Source: a virus
Lineage: Duplodnaviria > Caudoviricetes
Virus record (IMG/VR): IMGVR_UViG_2608642293_000001
Span: 44,874 to 108,873 of that record
DNA length: 64,000 bases
Reading direction: 5' to 3' (one strand)
In this document: positions 38,828-49,038 of the stretch, in pieces
How positions within the stretch are numbered: the first letter of the stretch is position 1
Layout of the letters: the number at the start of each line of letters is the position of its first letter
Program-made: the position numbers and the translations under genes
The notes under the pieces: generated by a model
What the model was told of the DNA's origin: nothing
The model's database searches: none
What the model saw: only the letters and a program-made list of their open reading frames with translations

Positions 38828-39781
38828 ATGGCAGTTAACACAATTGCATATGCAACTTTATTTCAACAAGCATTAGATAAACAAGCAGTAGCTAAATTAA
38901 CATCAGGATGGATGGATGCTAATGCAGGTCAGGTAATTTACAATGGTGGTAAAGAAGTAAAAATTCCTAAGATATCTATGGATGGATTAGGAGATTACGA
39001 CAGATCAAAAGGTTTTGCAGATGGTGCAATAGTTTTAGAATATGAAACTAAGACTATGACAATGGATAGAGGTAGAACATTTATGTTAGATAGTATGGAT
39101 GTTAATGAATCTAACTTTGTTGCTAATGCTACTAATGCAATGGGACAATTCCAAGCAACTAAGGTTGTTCCAGAAATTGATTCTTTCAGATACTCTAAGA
39201 TTGCAAGTTTAGCTATTGAAGCGACAGTTGCTGAAGGTTCTACAAGTGTATTAGCAACTGGCGGAAATACAATAACTGCATCAAATGTATTTGAATTACT
39301 AAAAGCTGATATTGCTGCCATTCAAGACATTGTTGGTGGAGATGTCCCTTTAGTTATATCTATGTCGGCTTTAATTTCATCAATTTTAGATCAAAGCGAT
39401 AAGTTTAACAAATACATTTGTTCTTGCGATTTCCAAAAGGGAGATATCCAAACTAAAGTTCAATCTATTGATAATATTCCAATAATCAAAGTTCCGAGTG
39501 CGAGATTAAAAACAGCATATGAGTTTTATGATGGTAAGACATCTGGTCAAACTGCAGGTGGATTTAAAGTTTCTGCTACTGCTAAAAATATTAACTGGAT
39601 GATAACTCCATTAACAGCACCAATTGCAGTAAATAAGACCGATAAGGTTAGAATTTTTGATCCTGATACAAATCAAGATGCGGATGCATGGAAATTGGAT
39701 TATAGAAAGTATCATGATTTATGGATAATGGATGAAGCTCTAAAACTTTGCAGAATAAATATTAAGGAAGCATTAAGCTAG
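38828..39781 (+). CDS. Major capsid protein
   Basis: GGKEVKIPK.SMDGLGDYDR; DRGRTF.LD.MDV; YRKYHDLW. Confidence 0.88.
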   Translation: MAVNTIAYATLFQQALDKQAVAKLTSGWMDANAGQVIYNGGKEVKIPKISMDGLGDYDRSKGFADGAIVLEYETKTMTMDRGRTFMLDSMDVNESNFVANATNAMGQFQATKVVPEIDSFRYSKIASLAIEATVAEGSTSVLATGGNTITASNVFELLKADIAAIQDIVGGDVPLVISMSALISSILDQSDKFNKYICSCDFQKGDIQTKVQSIDNIPIIKVPSARLKTAYEFYDGKTSGQTAGGFKVSATAKNINWMITPLTAPIAVNKTDKVRIFDPDTNQDADAWKLDYRKYHDLWIMDEALKLCRINIKEALS

Positions 39782-39823
39782 GAAATTTTATTCCTGGCTT
39801 TTTCTTAAGGAAGGATGATTGTT

Positions 39824-39946
39824 TTGTATAAATTAAAAAAATTAAATGTGGTTAAAGTTGTTGAAGCCGAAAATGAAAAAGATAAGCTAATTGCTAATGG
39901 ATTTAAAATATTAGAGGAAAAAACAGATGATAAGGGCAAAAAGTAA
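39824..39946 (+). CDS. 40-aa head-region protein (not in ORF track)
   Basis: TTG start after aagga; LNVVKVV...KLIANGFK; TAATG overlap with next gene. Confidence 0.5.
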   Translation: MYKLKKLNVVKVVEAENEKDKLIANGFKILEEKTDDKGKK

Positions 39947-40266
39947 TGTTAGAAGATATCAAAACATTAATTGGATTAACTACAGATAAAGAAGATTCTA
40001 AGTTGAATATATACATTAGCATGGCTGTAACTCTTATTAAAAATTATTTAAACAATGATTTGTTAGAGGATCAATATATAAAGGATAACTATAGTACTGC
40101 AATAACTTTAATAGTAACAAATGCATATGAGTGTAAAAGAAATGGAAATATAAAATCAATTACGCAAGGGGCTAGAAGTTTAACATATGGTGAAGATAAA
40201 GCTTTTTGCATAAATGATGATATTAAAGCCTTGTTACCTATTCCATATGTAAAATTGTATTATTAA
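39946..40266 (+). CDS. Head-tail connector protein
   Basis: Position; IKNYLN...IKSITQGARSLTY. Confidence 0.75.
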   Translation: MLEDIKTLIGLTTDKEDSKLNIYISMAVTLIKNYLNNDLLEDQYIKDNYSTAITLIVTNAYECKRNGNIKSITQGARSLTYGEDKAFCINDDIKALLPIPYVKLYY

Positions 40267-40278
40267 GCAGGTGAATAT

Positions 40279-40617
40279 ATGTTTTACGATAAAGAAATTT
40301 ATATTTATAAATATGACTCTTTTGAAGATGAACACAGGATAGATAGAGAAGGGTATAAAAAAATAAGTGATAATCCATTTCTAGTTGATATACAACCTTA
40401 TAATTCTGAAAAAGCAAAACGTGAGTATGGATATGACATTGAATGTAGTAGAAAAATGTTCTGCGATGTAATTACAGAAATAAAAGAAGATTCTATAATA
40501 GAATATAACAATAAATTCTATGAAATTAAAGCAATACCTTGGGATGATGAATATTATGAAATTCTTTTAAATGAAACTAAAGATGTTAACATTCTCAAGG
40601 AAGATAACAATGAATAG
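40279..40617 (+). CDS. Head closure protein
   Basis: Position; DIQPYNSEKAKREYG. Confidence 0.6.
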   Translation: MFYDKEIYIYKYDSFEDEHRIDREGYKKISDNPFLVDIQPYNSEKAKREYGYDIECSRKMFCDVITEIKEDSIIEYNNKFYEIKAIPWDDEYYEILLNETKDVNILKEDNNE

Positions 40618-41005
40618 CTTTGAAGATTTAATTGCTGAAGCTCAAAAAGCAGCTGAAAAAATTGATAATATTATTTCTGATGAAATGGAGACTAAAGCTA
40701 CTGAATGTGTGGCAAGTGTACAAGCAGTTACTCCAGTTAAAACTGGAATATTAAGAAGATCAATGACTCATGGGAAAATTATAAAAATGCCAAATAGCTG
40801 GACCATTAAAATTGGTTCTAGTATTGAATATGCTCAAGCCGTTGAAGATGGGCACAAACAGGAAGTTGGAAGATATGTGCCAGCTATAGGGAAAAAACTA
40901 GTTAAAGAATTTGTTCCTGGAAAGCATATGATACGAGATAATGTTGATATCTATCAAGATATACTAACATCAAGCATTAATGAAAGAATAGAGAGGGAGG
41001 TATAA
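40610..41005 (+). CDS. HK97 gp10-like neck protein
   Basis: TPVKTGILRRS...EYAQAVEDGH...FVPGKHM. Confidence 0.8.
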   Translation: MNSFEDLIAEAQKAAEKIDNIISDEMETKATECVASVQAVTPVKTGILRRSMTHGKIIKMPNSWTIKIGSSIEYAQAVEDGHKQEVGRYVPAIGKKLVKEFVPGKHMIRDNVDIYQDILTSSINERIEREV

Positions 41006-41473
41006 ATGGATGATAAGATTAAATATGTAGATTTGCTTTATAGTGTTTATATTTCTCTTAAAAATAATTTTACAGAAGCAAAAATCAATATCAAAGAAAG
41101 TAGAACAGAGGTTAAAGGTCCTCTGTTTTTTGTGCAGGTAAAACCACTAGATAATGACTCATACAGGTATTATACAAAGGACTTTGTAAATATAATTATA
41201 ACTTTCACAGATATAATTTTAGATCAAGAAAAAATATTAAATGTAAAAGATGAGCTCAAGGAGTTATTTGATTATGGTTTGAGAATAAATGATACCTTTA
41301 TTTACTTTGATAAAAAAGTATTTAATGAAAGTGAAGATTGCATTATTTTAACTTTAACTATTAAATATCATAATTCTAAGGATATTAAGAATATTCCAAT
41401 TCCAGATAGATATACGGAATTTATGCATGAATTAAATTTTATTTTAAATGAAGATAAGGAGGAAATCGACTAA
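41006..41473 (+). CDS. Tail terminator-like protein
   Basis: Position before sheath gene. Confidence 0.55.
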   Translation: MDDKIKYVDLLYSVYISLKNNFTEAKINIKESRTEVKGPLFFVQVKPLDNDSYRYYTKDFVNIIITFTDIILDQEKILNVKDELKELFDYGLRINDTFIYFDKKVFNESEDCIILTLTIKYHNSKDIKNIPIPDRYTEFMHELNFILNEDKEEID

Positions 41474-42543
41474 TGTCAAACATAAATATTTATTTGAAGT
41501 CAGCTGCTGAAACATTAAATTCTAGAAGTACTAGAGGAATTGTAATGTTAGTACTTAATGACAGTGTTGAAGGTGTTAAATCTTATAATAGGAAAAGAGC
41601 AGTAACAGATGAGTACAGTGAAGAAAATAAATCAAAAAGAATAGATAAGTGTTTTGATAAATATGGAGTAAGCACATTAAAAGTAGTTTGTTATACCCCA
41701 CCTGAAACTATAAGTGTAGCATTAAAAAAAATAGATGGTGTTAAGTTTAATTATTTAGCCTGTCCCACAATTACCGAAGATGAAGATAAAAAGGCTATTG
41801 TAGATTTTATAAAGGGTCAGATAACAGCTAAAAACTATACTGTTAAAGCTAATTTGGCTAACTATAAAGCGGATTATGAAAATATAGTAAGTAATTATAT
41901 ATCTAGTATAACAATAGATGGAGAGACTCTTACAGGAGAAGAATTTACTGTTGATCATGCTTGTATGTGTGCAGTATGTTCTATTGGAGAGGGTCTGACC
42001 AATAAAGTATTGAGTGGTGTGACAAAAGTTACTTTAGTAGATGATACAAAAGATGCTGAATCAATAAGCGAATTAGGACAAGTTGGAGTTGTTTATGACA
42101 ATGATTTTGAATCATATGTTCTTACAGACGATGTTAATACAAAGATAACTATAGATGATAGCAAAGAAAAAGATATTTTAAAAGATAGGAGAGTATCGGA
42201 AATATTAAGCATGATGCAGGATGATTTAAAAGTTGCATTCAAAACAAGCTGGCAAGATAAAAAAGGTAACTCTTATTCTAATAGAAAACTATTAAGAGAT
42301 ACTATAAATAAAAGTTATTTTAAACCTTTAGGGACTAAAGGTGCCCTTAATGGCGATATGAGTAATACTTGTTATCTTAATATTGACGCAATTAGAGAGT
42401 ATATAGAATCATTAGGTGTAGATACAACTGACATGAAGGATGAAGATATATTATCTTATGATACAAAAAGAAAGGTATTTATGAAAGCCAGGGTTTATGT
42501 ATTACAAACAATGGGAGAGTTGGAGTTTGAAATAAATTATTAG
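41473..42543 (+). CDS. Tail sheath protein (XkdK-like)
   Basis: RSTRGIV.LVL.D; FNYLACP; DDVNTK; KKGNSYSNR motifs. Confidence 0.8.
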   Translation: MSNINIYLKSAAETLNSRSTRGIVMLVLNDSVEGVKSYNRKRAVTDEYSEENKSKRIDKCFDKYGVSTLKVVCYTPPETISVALKKIDGVKFNYLACPTITEDEDKKAIVDFIKGQITAKNYTVKANLANYKADYENIVSNYISSITIDGETLTGEEFTVDHACMCAVCSIGEGLTNKVLSGVTKVTLVDDTKDAESISELGQVGVVYDNDFESYVLTDDVNTKITIDDSKEKDILKDRRVSEILSMMQDDLKVAFKTSWQDKKGNSYSNRKLLRDTINKSYFKPLGTKGALNGDMSNTCYLNIDAIREYIESLGVDTTDMKDEDILSYDTKRKVFMKARVYVLQTMGELEFEINY

Positions 42544-42557
42544 GAGGTGAGTAAATA

Positions 42558-42983
42558 ATGGACGTATTTAATGAGAATTACGCTATACATGGCAAAAGTT
42601 TTCAGCTGTGGATGGATGGAGATCTTATGGCAGAAGTATTAACAGCTAAAGCCAAATCAGATTTGACAACGGAAACTGTATATATAGCTGGTCAACTTGG
42701 TAATGGGGATATTATAACTGGTGCCAATGGTACTGGATCATTAACTTTTAATACTGTAATTGGAGACCTTCCTAAAAAGGTTAATGATTGTATTAAATCA
42801 AATAAACCATTTATATTTGACCTTATAGGTGAATTTGAGAACAAAACTTATGGAAACACTAGGAGAGTTATTATAGAAGAATGTAAAATAACTTCATTTA
42901 GTCCATTGGATGTTGATATACAAAAATTATTACAAGATGCTTATGATTTTAAATATAATCCACAAAACGTTGATATAGAATAG
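42558..42983 (+). CDS. Tail tube protein (XkdM-like)
   Basis: IHGK...LWMDG..MAEV; GTGSLTF; follows sheath. Confidence 0.8.
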   Translation: MDVFNENYAIHGKSFQLWMDGDLMAEVLTAKAKSDLTTETVYIAGQLGNGDIITGANGTGSLTFNTVIGDLPKKVNDCIKSNKPFIFDLIGEFENKTYGNTRRVIIEECKITSFSPLDVDIQKLLQDAYDFKYNPQNVDIE

Positions 42984-43039
42984 CTTATGCTTTAGGTATA
43001 GGCTATTATTTTTTATTAAAAGAGAGGAATGATTTATTA

Positions 43040-43426
43040 ATGGATATAAAAGATATATTAAAAAATAAAGGAATTTTAGATGAGAAAAATTCTGAAAAAA
43101 CCAAGAAATTAGAAGTTATCAGTTTAAAAGGTATCGGGGATGGAATGATCACTATAAAAAGTATTGGTGATGATACGTTTGATATGATTGAGAAAATGAG
43201 TAAAACAAATTTTGATATAAATAAAAATGCTGTGTATCAGGCAGTTATAGAACCTAATTTAAAATCAAAGGAACTCCAAGAAGCCTTAGATTGTAAAGCC
43301 AATCCAACAGGTGTTGTAAGAAAACTTTTTACTAGAGCAGAGATAGAAATGATATCAACTGAAGTTGGTAAGTTAAGTGGAATGCATTTAGAAAAGGGAC
43401 TTATTAAAGAAATAAAAAACTCATAG
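43040..43426 (+). CDS. Tail assembly chaperone (XkdN-like)
   Basis: VIEPNLKSKELQ...P..VVRKLF...E...LSG; ends in slippery A AAA AAC. Confidence 0.8.
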   Translation: MDIKDILKNKGILDEKNSEKTKKLEVISLKGIGDGMITIKSIGDDTFDMIEKMSKTNFDINKNAVYQAVIEPNLKSKELQEALDCKANPTGVVRKLFTRAEIEMISTEVGKLSGMHLEKGLIKEIKNS

Positions 43427-43602
43427 ACCAAGATGATGAGGTACGTATGCTCGCCTATTATATTAATAAAGGTCATGACTTACAAAAACTAATTGATCTT
43501 GGATACTATGAAAAAATGTTTTATATAGCGTCTATGCATAAATTACATGATGAAGATATAGATGAAAAAATTGCCTTAAATCCATTTTTGACAAGAAAGT
43601 AG
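43414..43602 (+). CDS. -1 frameshift extension of tail chaperone (gpGT equivalent)
   Basis: AAAAAAC at 43414-43420; -1 frame open (LIDQDDEVRMLAYY...LTRK) to TAG 43602. Confidence 0.7.
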   Translation, partial: KKLIDQDDEVRMLAYYINKGHDLQKLIDLGYYEKMFYIASMHKLHDEDIDEKIALNPFLTRK

Positions 43603-45537
43603 GTGATTGCTATCGGATTATTTGGAAGTGAATTGACTATAAAAGACGGCTTTTCTAGGGTGTTTAGTGCTTTTATCGGGCAGGCTACAAGTGCTAAAAG
43701 TAGTGTAAATGGCTTAACCGGAGAAATGAGGAATGCTGAAGCCGCGTCTGCAAACTCGGTTGGTAGTATGAGAAGCCAAGTGGCAAGCTTGGCACAAGAA
43801 TATAAAAAGGCAGGGTTATCACAGAGTGAAGCTTTTAGAAAAGCATGGAGCGAGGTTGAAAGGAGCTCTAACAATGCAGGTGCTGGAACCGGAAAAACAT
43901 GGGCCACCACTTTTAGAAAAATAAAAAATGACGGTAGTAATGCCTTTGGATCATTAAGTAATAGCATTAGTAACTTTTCCAATTCTACATTAGGTACATT
44001 AAGCAAACTAACAGCAGGTTATTTAAGTCTTAAAGGTGCAGCTGATCTCACTAAAGAATCATTAAAAGCTGGAATGACATATCAAAACGCAAGTACATTT
44101 TTGCAAGCAACTTATGGGGAAACTAAAGGAAAAGAAAAATTCAAATGGGCCACACAGGAAGCAAATAAAACCCCATTTACTGAATCTGAGGTTGCAAGTG
44201 CTTTAGCTAGAGCAAAAGGACTTGGAATGAAAGATGATGAAAAAACATTTAAAATGTATGAAGATATGGGATCTTTTGCAAAGATACAAGGAGTTGGAGA
44301 TCTATCGAGTGCAGTTGATGCGATTTCAGATGCATTAGGGGGAGAATGGGAAAGGCTACAGACAATTACGGGTATAAAGAGACAAGGTCTTGAGGATTAC
44401 GCTAAAACAAATGGATTAGGCAAATTCACAAATAAAAAAGGTCAAGTTACTGATAAAGATAAGCTTATGGAAGTTTTAGAATCTTACATGGGTGAAAAAG
44501 GTATATCTGGAATGACTGATAAATTTTCTAAGACACTTAGTGGAAGGCTATCAACATTAAAAGGGAATTGGGAAAAAACTTTAGCTGATATGGTCGGAAT
44601 AGGTGATGATGGAGCTATAAAGGATGGGAGTTTATTTGATAATGCGTCTAAAGGACTAGAAAAACTTATAACAAGTGTTAACAAATTTAGTAAAAGCGAA
44701 TCGTTTGATAAAATAGCTGATGGATTGGGTAAGTTAGGAAATGGATTAATAGGAGGCTTAGATTACATTACAATGCATCCAGAAACTGTAACGACTTTAA
44801 TAAAAATTGGAGTTGGTTTAATCGGTCTTAAAGTTGCTAGTGGAGTGCTAAGTCCAATAGTAAAATTGACTGGTGGTTTAGCTACTTTAGGGGGAGTATC
44901 TAATAGTTTACCAGGTATATTAAATAAGGCTACGCTGTCAATTGGAGCTTTCGCAATTGCAACAAATAGTTTTTTTGGTGAAAATGGTGTTTTACATAAA
45001 GTTGCAAATGGTATGTTTAATGCATTTACTTCGAAGGATAATAAAATAGATGTTCCAGCAGCAAGTAAATCTCTTTTGAAATCTTCCGCTAATGGATGGA
45101 ATTATATATACGAAAAGATTATGGGAAATGATGAGGCAGATAACAATTATAAAAATAATGAGATTAAGAATCTGGCAGAAAGTGAAAGAGCTGATGCAAA
45201 ACTTAATGGTGTTAGTGATAATACTTACACTTGGGATGCTGCAACTAGAAATAAATACAAGAATTTGTATGCATACGAGCAATTCTACAATCACGATGAT
45301 TCTTACGAAAAATATAAATCCTATTCTGAGTGGAATACAATTCCAAGTATGCTTAATAATAAAGAAATAAGTAATACAATTAATAATACTAGCACAAATA
45401 GCCATGCATCAAATAAAACTGAAATAAATCTTAATGTAGATACAATTAAAGAAACAGTAGATATTAACGACATTATGGATCAAATTGCAAATAAATTAAA
45501 CAAGCTAAATAATACTAGAAATGCTGTAAATTATTAA
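43603..45537 (+). CDS. Tape measure protein
   Basis: ANKTPF, AISDALGGEWERL and SKTLSGRLSTLKGN motifs; hydrophobic segments. Confidence 0.85.
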   Translation: MIAIGLFGSELTIKDGFSRVFSAFIGQATSAKSSVNGLTGEMRNAEAASANSVGSMRSQVASLAQEYKKAGLSQSEAFRKAWSEVERSSNNAGAGTGKTWATTFRKIKNDGSNAFGSLSNSISNFSNSTLGTLSKLTAGYLSLKGAADLTKESLKAGMTYQNASTFLQATYGETKGKEKFKWATQEANKTPFTESEVASALARAKGLGMKDDEKTFKMYEDMGSFAKIQGVGDLSSAVDAISDALGGEWERLQTITGIKRQGLEDYAKTNGLGKFTNKKGQVTDKDKLMEVLESYMGEKGISGMTDKFSKTLSGRLSTLKGNWEKTLADMVGIGDDGAIKDGSLFDNASKGLEKLITSVNKFSKSESFDKIADGLGKLGNGLIGGLDYITMHPETVTTLIKIGVGLIGLKVASGVLSPIVKLTGGLATLGGVSNSLPGILNKATLSIGAFAIATNSFFGENGVLHKVANGMFNAFTSKDNKIDVPAASKSLLKSSANGWNYIYEKIMGNDEADNNYKNNEIKNLAESERADAKLNGVSDNTYTWDAATRNKYKNLYAYEQFYNHDDSYEKYKSYSEWNTIPSMLNNKEISNTINNTSTNSHASNKTEINLNVDTIKETVDINDIMDQIANKLNKLNNTRNAVNY

Positions 45538-45547
45538 AAAGGAGAGG

Positions 45548-46186
45548 ATGAGCACAATGGGAGAGGATAGAAGAAAACTAATATTAACCAAAGTAAAAGA
45601 TAATTTCAGTATTTTATTTCCTTTAACACCTTTTCCTAAGTTTTCTAGTAGCATGAATATAAGTACTGCTGAATTATTTGGACATGGTGAAACTGATACA
45701 GGTGCCATAAGAAATCTTACTAAAATAACTATGGATGGGATATTACCACATCCAAAGAACAATTATGATTTTGTGTTTAATAATGATTATACTCCTGGGT
45801 ACTATACGAATTATTTATATGATTGGATGGTAAATCAAAATAATTTACTTATGTCGTATAGAACAGATACTCAAAAAATATCACATTTAAATTGCAGGAT
45901 AGAGAAGTTTGATTTTGCTGAAGAAGATGGATCAAAAAATATAAAATTCAATCTAACTTTAAGAGAATATAGAGAAAATAAACTAACCGATTCTGATGAT
46001 GTAATTAATTCACAATATGTCATAGATAGTTATGGTTCAGATACTTATTATGTTGGGGAAGGTGATACTTTAATTACAATAGCAGCTAAATTATATGGGG
46101 ATTCTAGTAAATGGAATTACCTTATGAATAAAAATAATTTGAAAAACCCTTTAATTTTAGAAGTTGGCCAAGGATTAAAAATATAG
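45548..46186 (+). CDS. LysM tail protein (XkdP-like)
   Basis: YYVGEGDTLITIAAKLYGDSSKW...LEVGQGLKI. Confidence 0.85.
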   Translation: MSTMGEDRRKLILTKVKDNFSILFPLTPFPKFSSSMNISTAELFGHGETDTGAIRNLTKITMDGILPHPKNNYDFVFNNDYTPGYYTNYLYDWMVNQNNLLMSYRTDTQKISHLNCRIEKFDFAEEDGSKNIKFNLTLREYRENKLTDSDDVINSQYVIDSYGSDTYYVGEGDTLITIAAKLYGDSSKWNYLMNKNNLKNPLILEVGQGLKI

Positions 46187-46194
46187 GTGAGTAT

Positions 46195-48246
46195 ATGGAT
46201 AATGTAACACTAAAAATTTATAAATGGAATGATGTGAATAAAACAATTAATATACAGGATATATGTAGTTCAATTAAAATGTATTGTTCACACACTAATA
46301 TAACAACCGAATTGAATTTTACAATAGCTTATGAGTATAATGACTATTATTTTTATAAGTTTGATATTGGAGATCAAGTTTGTCTATGGTATAAGGGAGG
46401 TTTAATTTTCTATGGAAGAATTACAGATAGTGAATTCAACTTAAAAAACAACACTTATACATTTACTTGTTATGATTTGGCATGGTGGATTATAAAATCT
46501 AATATAACTAGAAATTTAGATAATATCAGTGTCAAAGATGCTTTATACACTGTCTTTGGGGACATTGATTTAAAAGCATTTGATATTGATAGTGAATTAG
46601 GTGATGATGGTAATATTTTAATAGGAACCCATCTTATTAAAAACAAAAGTGCTAAAGATGTATTAATGGCAATAATGCAAGAGGTGAGCAAAAAAACGGA
46701 TGTATATTATTACATGCATATGAATACTAATTGCAAAATTATAATAACTGAATGTGATAAATATTATAGTGGTGTTACAATACAAGAAAGTAGCAAAGAT
46801 GTTATTGATGGTAATCTAATTGACTACACCATTAATAGATCTATGCAAGATATGGTAAATAAAATTAATATTTTTGATAGTGACTATAAGCAAATTAATT
46901 ACCTTACGTTGTCTGATTTTGACGAAGATAGATATGGAACAATACAGGATAATGTAATCCTTGAAGAAGATGAAGAATATAGCGTAGAAGTAGAAACTAA
47001 GATAAAAAAGAAGTTAGATCAAAAAGGAAACCCAAGTGAAGAGGTACAGGTGAAATGTCTAGGAGATATAAACTATAAAGTTGGATATGGTGTAATGTGT
47101 AAATTACCCGATAGTACATTCTATGATAGATTTATGTATATACTAGCATCTGAATGGGAATGGGTTGCTAGTGGAGATTTTATAAGTACTTTAAGTTTAT
47201 CTACAAGTAAGCACAAAGACTTAACGGACTTTAGTGATATAGAAGAAAAACAAGATGATGGAGATGGAGAAAATAAGGGATCCCTTGCAGATAGAGTCGT
47301 TGAGTATGCTAAGACATTTTTAGGTTATCCATATTTATATGGAGGAACTGGAAAAATCTTAACGGAAGAGTTAGTTAAGGCTAATCCTAAAATAGCAACA
47401 TTAGAAGGTGCTAATGATAATTGGAAAAATTGGATAGGCAAAGAAGCTTACGATTGTAGTGGCTTTACCCAAGCTGTATATAAACACTTTAGTATAGATA
47501 TAACCAGAACTACTACCAACAATCAAATGGGGCAAGGGAAGGCAATTAGTGCATCCGATAGTAGTAAGTGGAAAGAAGGAGACTTAATGTTTCCGCACGC
47601 CAATCATGTTCAAATGTATATTGGTAATGGAAAAATTATTCATGCTCCTGAAAGCGGTAGAGTAATACAAATAGCTGATGCCAAAACTAGTTATGCATGT
47701 GTGCGGAGGGTGCTAAAAGACGAAGATTTTATAGCTACCAAAAGTGCTGGTAGCAATCAGGATGCTTCAATTAATACTGCTGTAAATTGTACAAGTCAAA
47801 AAGAATTTGCGGCAGCAGTTGCGCCGTATGCTAAAACATTATTTAATAAATATCATATTTTTCCTGGAGTAATTATTTCATGTATGATCCAAGAATCCTG
47901 GACTGGTAGTGGGTTCACTAAACTTGCTACAAAATATTATAATTTTGGTGGTGTAAAATGCTCTGCTAGTAGTGAAAATGCGATACAAGATTATAAACCG
48001 CCTTCAAGTGAAGGAAGTATGTTATATAGAAAATTCGATTCATTAAAAGATTTTATCATATATTGGTGCGAACTCATTTCTGGAAGCAGTTACAATTATA
48101 AATCAGCAATAGCAGATAGGAATACGCCGAAAGAACAAATTTTTGGTTTTGATAATACTCCATATGCTGGAGATAAAACAAAAGGCTCGCAAATGTGGAA
48201 CATATATAGTTCGGATGGATTCAGTAAATATGATGAAGGATTGTGA
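46195..48246 (+). CDS. Baseplate hub (XkdQ-like) fused to NlpC/P60 peptidase and glucosaminidase-like domain
   Basis: GYPYLYGG..YDCSGF..HVQMYIGNGKIIHAP; MIQES...YNFGGVK. Confidence 0.8.
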   Translation: MDNVTLKIYKWNDVNKTINIQDICSSIKMYCSHTNITTELNFTIAYEYNDYYFYKFDIGDQVCLWYKGGLIFYGRITDSEFNLKNNTYTFTCYDLAWWIIKSNITRNLDNISVKDALYTVFGDIDLKAFDIDSELGDDGNILIGTHLIKNKSAKDVLMAIMQEVSKKTDVYYYMHMNTNCKIIITECDKYYSGVTIQESSKDVIDGNLIDYTINRSMQDMVNKINIFDSDYKQINYLTLSDFDEDRYGTIQDNVILEEDEEYSVEVETKIKKKLDQKGNPSEEVQVKCLGDINYKVGYGVMCKLPDSTFYDRFMYILASEWEWVASGDFISTLSLSTSKHKDLTDFSDIEEKQDDGDGENKGSLADRVVEYAKTFLGYPYLYGGTGKILTEELVKANPKIATLEGANDNWKNWIGKEAYDCSGFTQAVYKHFSIDITRTTTNNQMGQGKAISASDSSKWKEGDLMFPHANHVQMYIGNGKIIHAPESGRVIQIADAKTSYACVRRVLKDEDFIATKSAGSNQDASINTAVNCTSQKEFAAAVAPYAKTLFNKYHIFPGVIISCMIQESWTGSGFTKLATKYYNFGGVKCSASSENAIQDYKPPSSEGSMLYRKFDSLKDFIIYWCELISGSSYNYKSAIADRNTPKEQIFGFDNTPYAGDKTKGSQMWNIYSSDGFSKYDEGL

Positions 48247-48251
48247 GGTGA

Positions 48252-48608
48252 ATGAATATGCTGGCAGAAGAAAAATTAAAAGCTGCATTAGATTCAAATT
48301 CTAGAAATGCTATAGATATAAAAGAACATGAAATAGGAATTATTGAATCTTTAGAACCCTTTCAAATTAATATTGGGGGATTAATTTTGACAGATAAAAA
48401 TTTAATCATTAATTATGATTTGTTAGAACATATAGAATATTTTAAGAGTTTAAGAGGAACTGTTGGAGATAGATCTGAAACTATTTCTAATGGTTCTATT
48501 TTATTTGAAAATAAATTAAATAAAGGTGATAAAGTTATAGTTAGACCTATAAGTGAAAATAAATATTATGTTTCAAACAAATTAAAAGTGGGTGAATCAA
48601 ATGTCTAA
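48252..48608 (+). CDS. XkdR/DUF2577-like baseplate protein
   Basis: Position; LNKGDKVIV. Confidence 0.65.
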   Translation: MNMLAEEKLKAALDSNSRNAIDIKEHEIGIIESLEPFQINIGGLILTDKNLIINYDLLEHIEYFKSLRGTVGDRSETISNGSILFENKLNKGDKVIVRPISENKYYVSNKLKVGESNV

Positions 48609-49035
48609 TTTTCCAACTTACGCTATTAATAGAAAAGAAGATATAGAAGATAAAGGAATTCCATTGTTAAAAGAGTATGCTTGGAATTTTGAAAATGATA
48701 ATTTTCTATTTGATGAAAATGGAAAGTTTATAATTTTAGATGGCTTAGAAGCTTTGAAAGTTAGAAATTATTTATCTTTAAAAATATATAAAGATAGATG
48801 GTTTATTTACAATGGAAAAGTTGGTGGTAAAATAAACGAACTTATAGGAAAAGGCTATAGTTTTGCTTGTTTGCATGCGCAAGAGTTTATAGAAGAAGCT
48901 ATTGTGGATAACATATATGTGAATTCAATAGAAGATTTAGAGATAACAATGAAAGATAACAAAGCAATTATAAATTTTAACGTTAATAGCATATATGGAT
49001 CTTATTCAGAATCTATAAAAGGAGTGGAGGTGTAA
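48601..49035 (+). CDS. XkdS/DUF2634-like baseplate protein
   Basis: KEYAWNFE...G.EALKV; VNSIYG. Confidence 0.75.
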   Translation: MSNFPTYAINRKEDIEDKGIPLLKEYAWNFENDNFLFDENGKFIILDGLEALKVRNYLSLKIYKDRWFIYNGKVGGKINELIGKGYSFACLHAQEFIEEAIVDNIYVNSIEDLEITMKDNKAIINFNVNSIYGSYSESIKGVEV

Positions 49036-49038
49036 ACT

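Noticed and set aside
43600-43615. Possible non-canonical ATC start of tape measure gene
   Set aside because: An in-frame GTG at 43603 directly follows the upstream stop; cannot be decided from sequence
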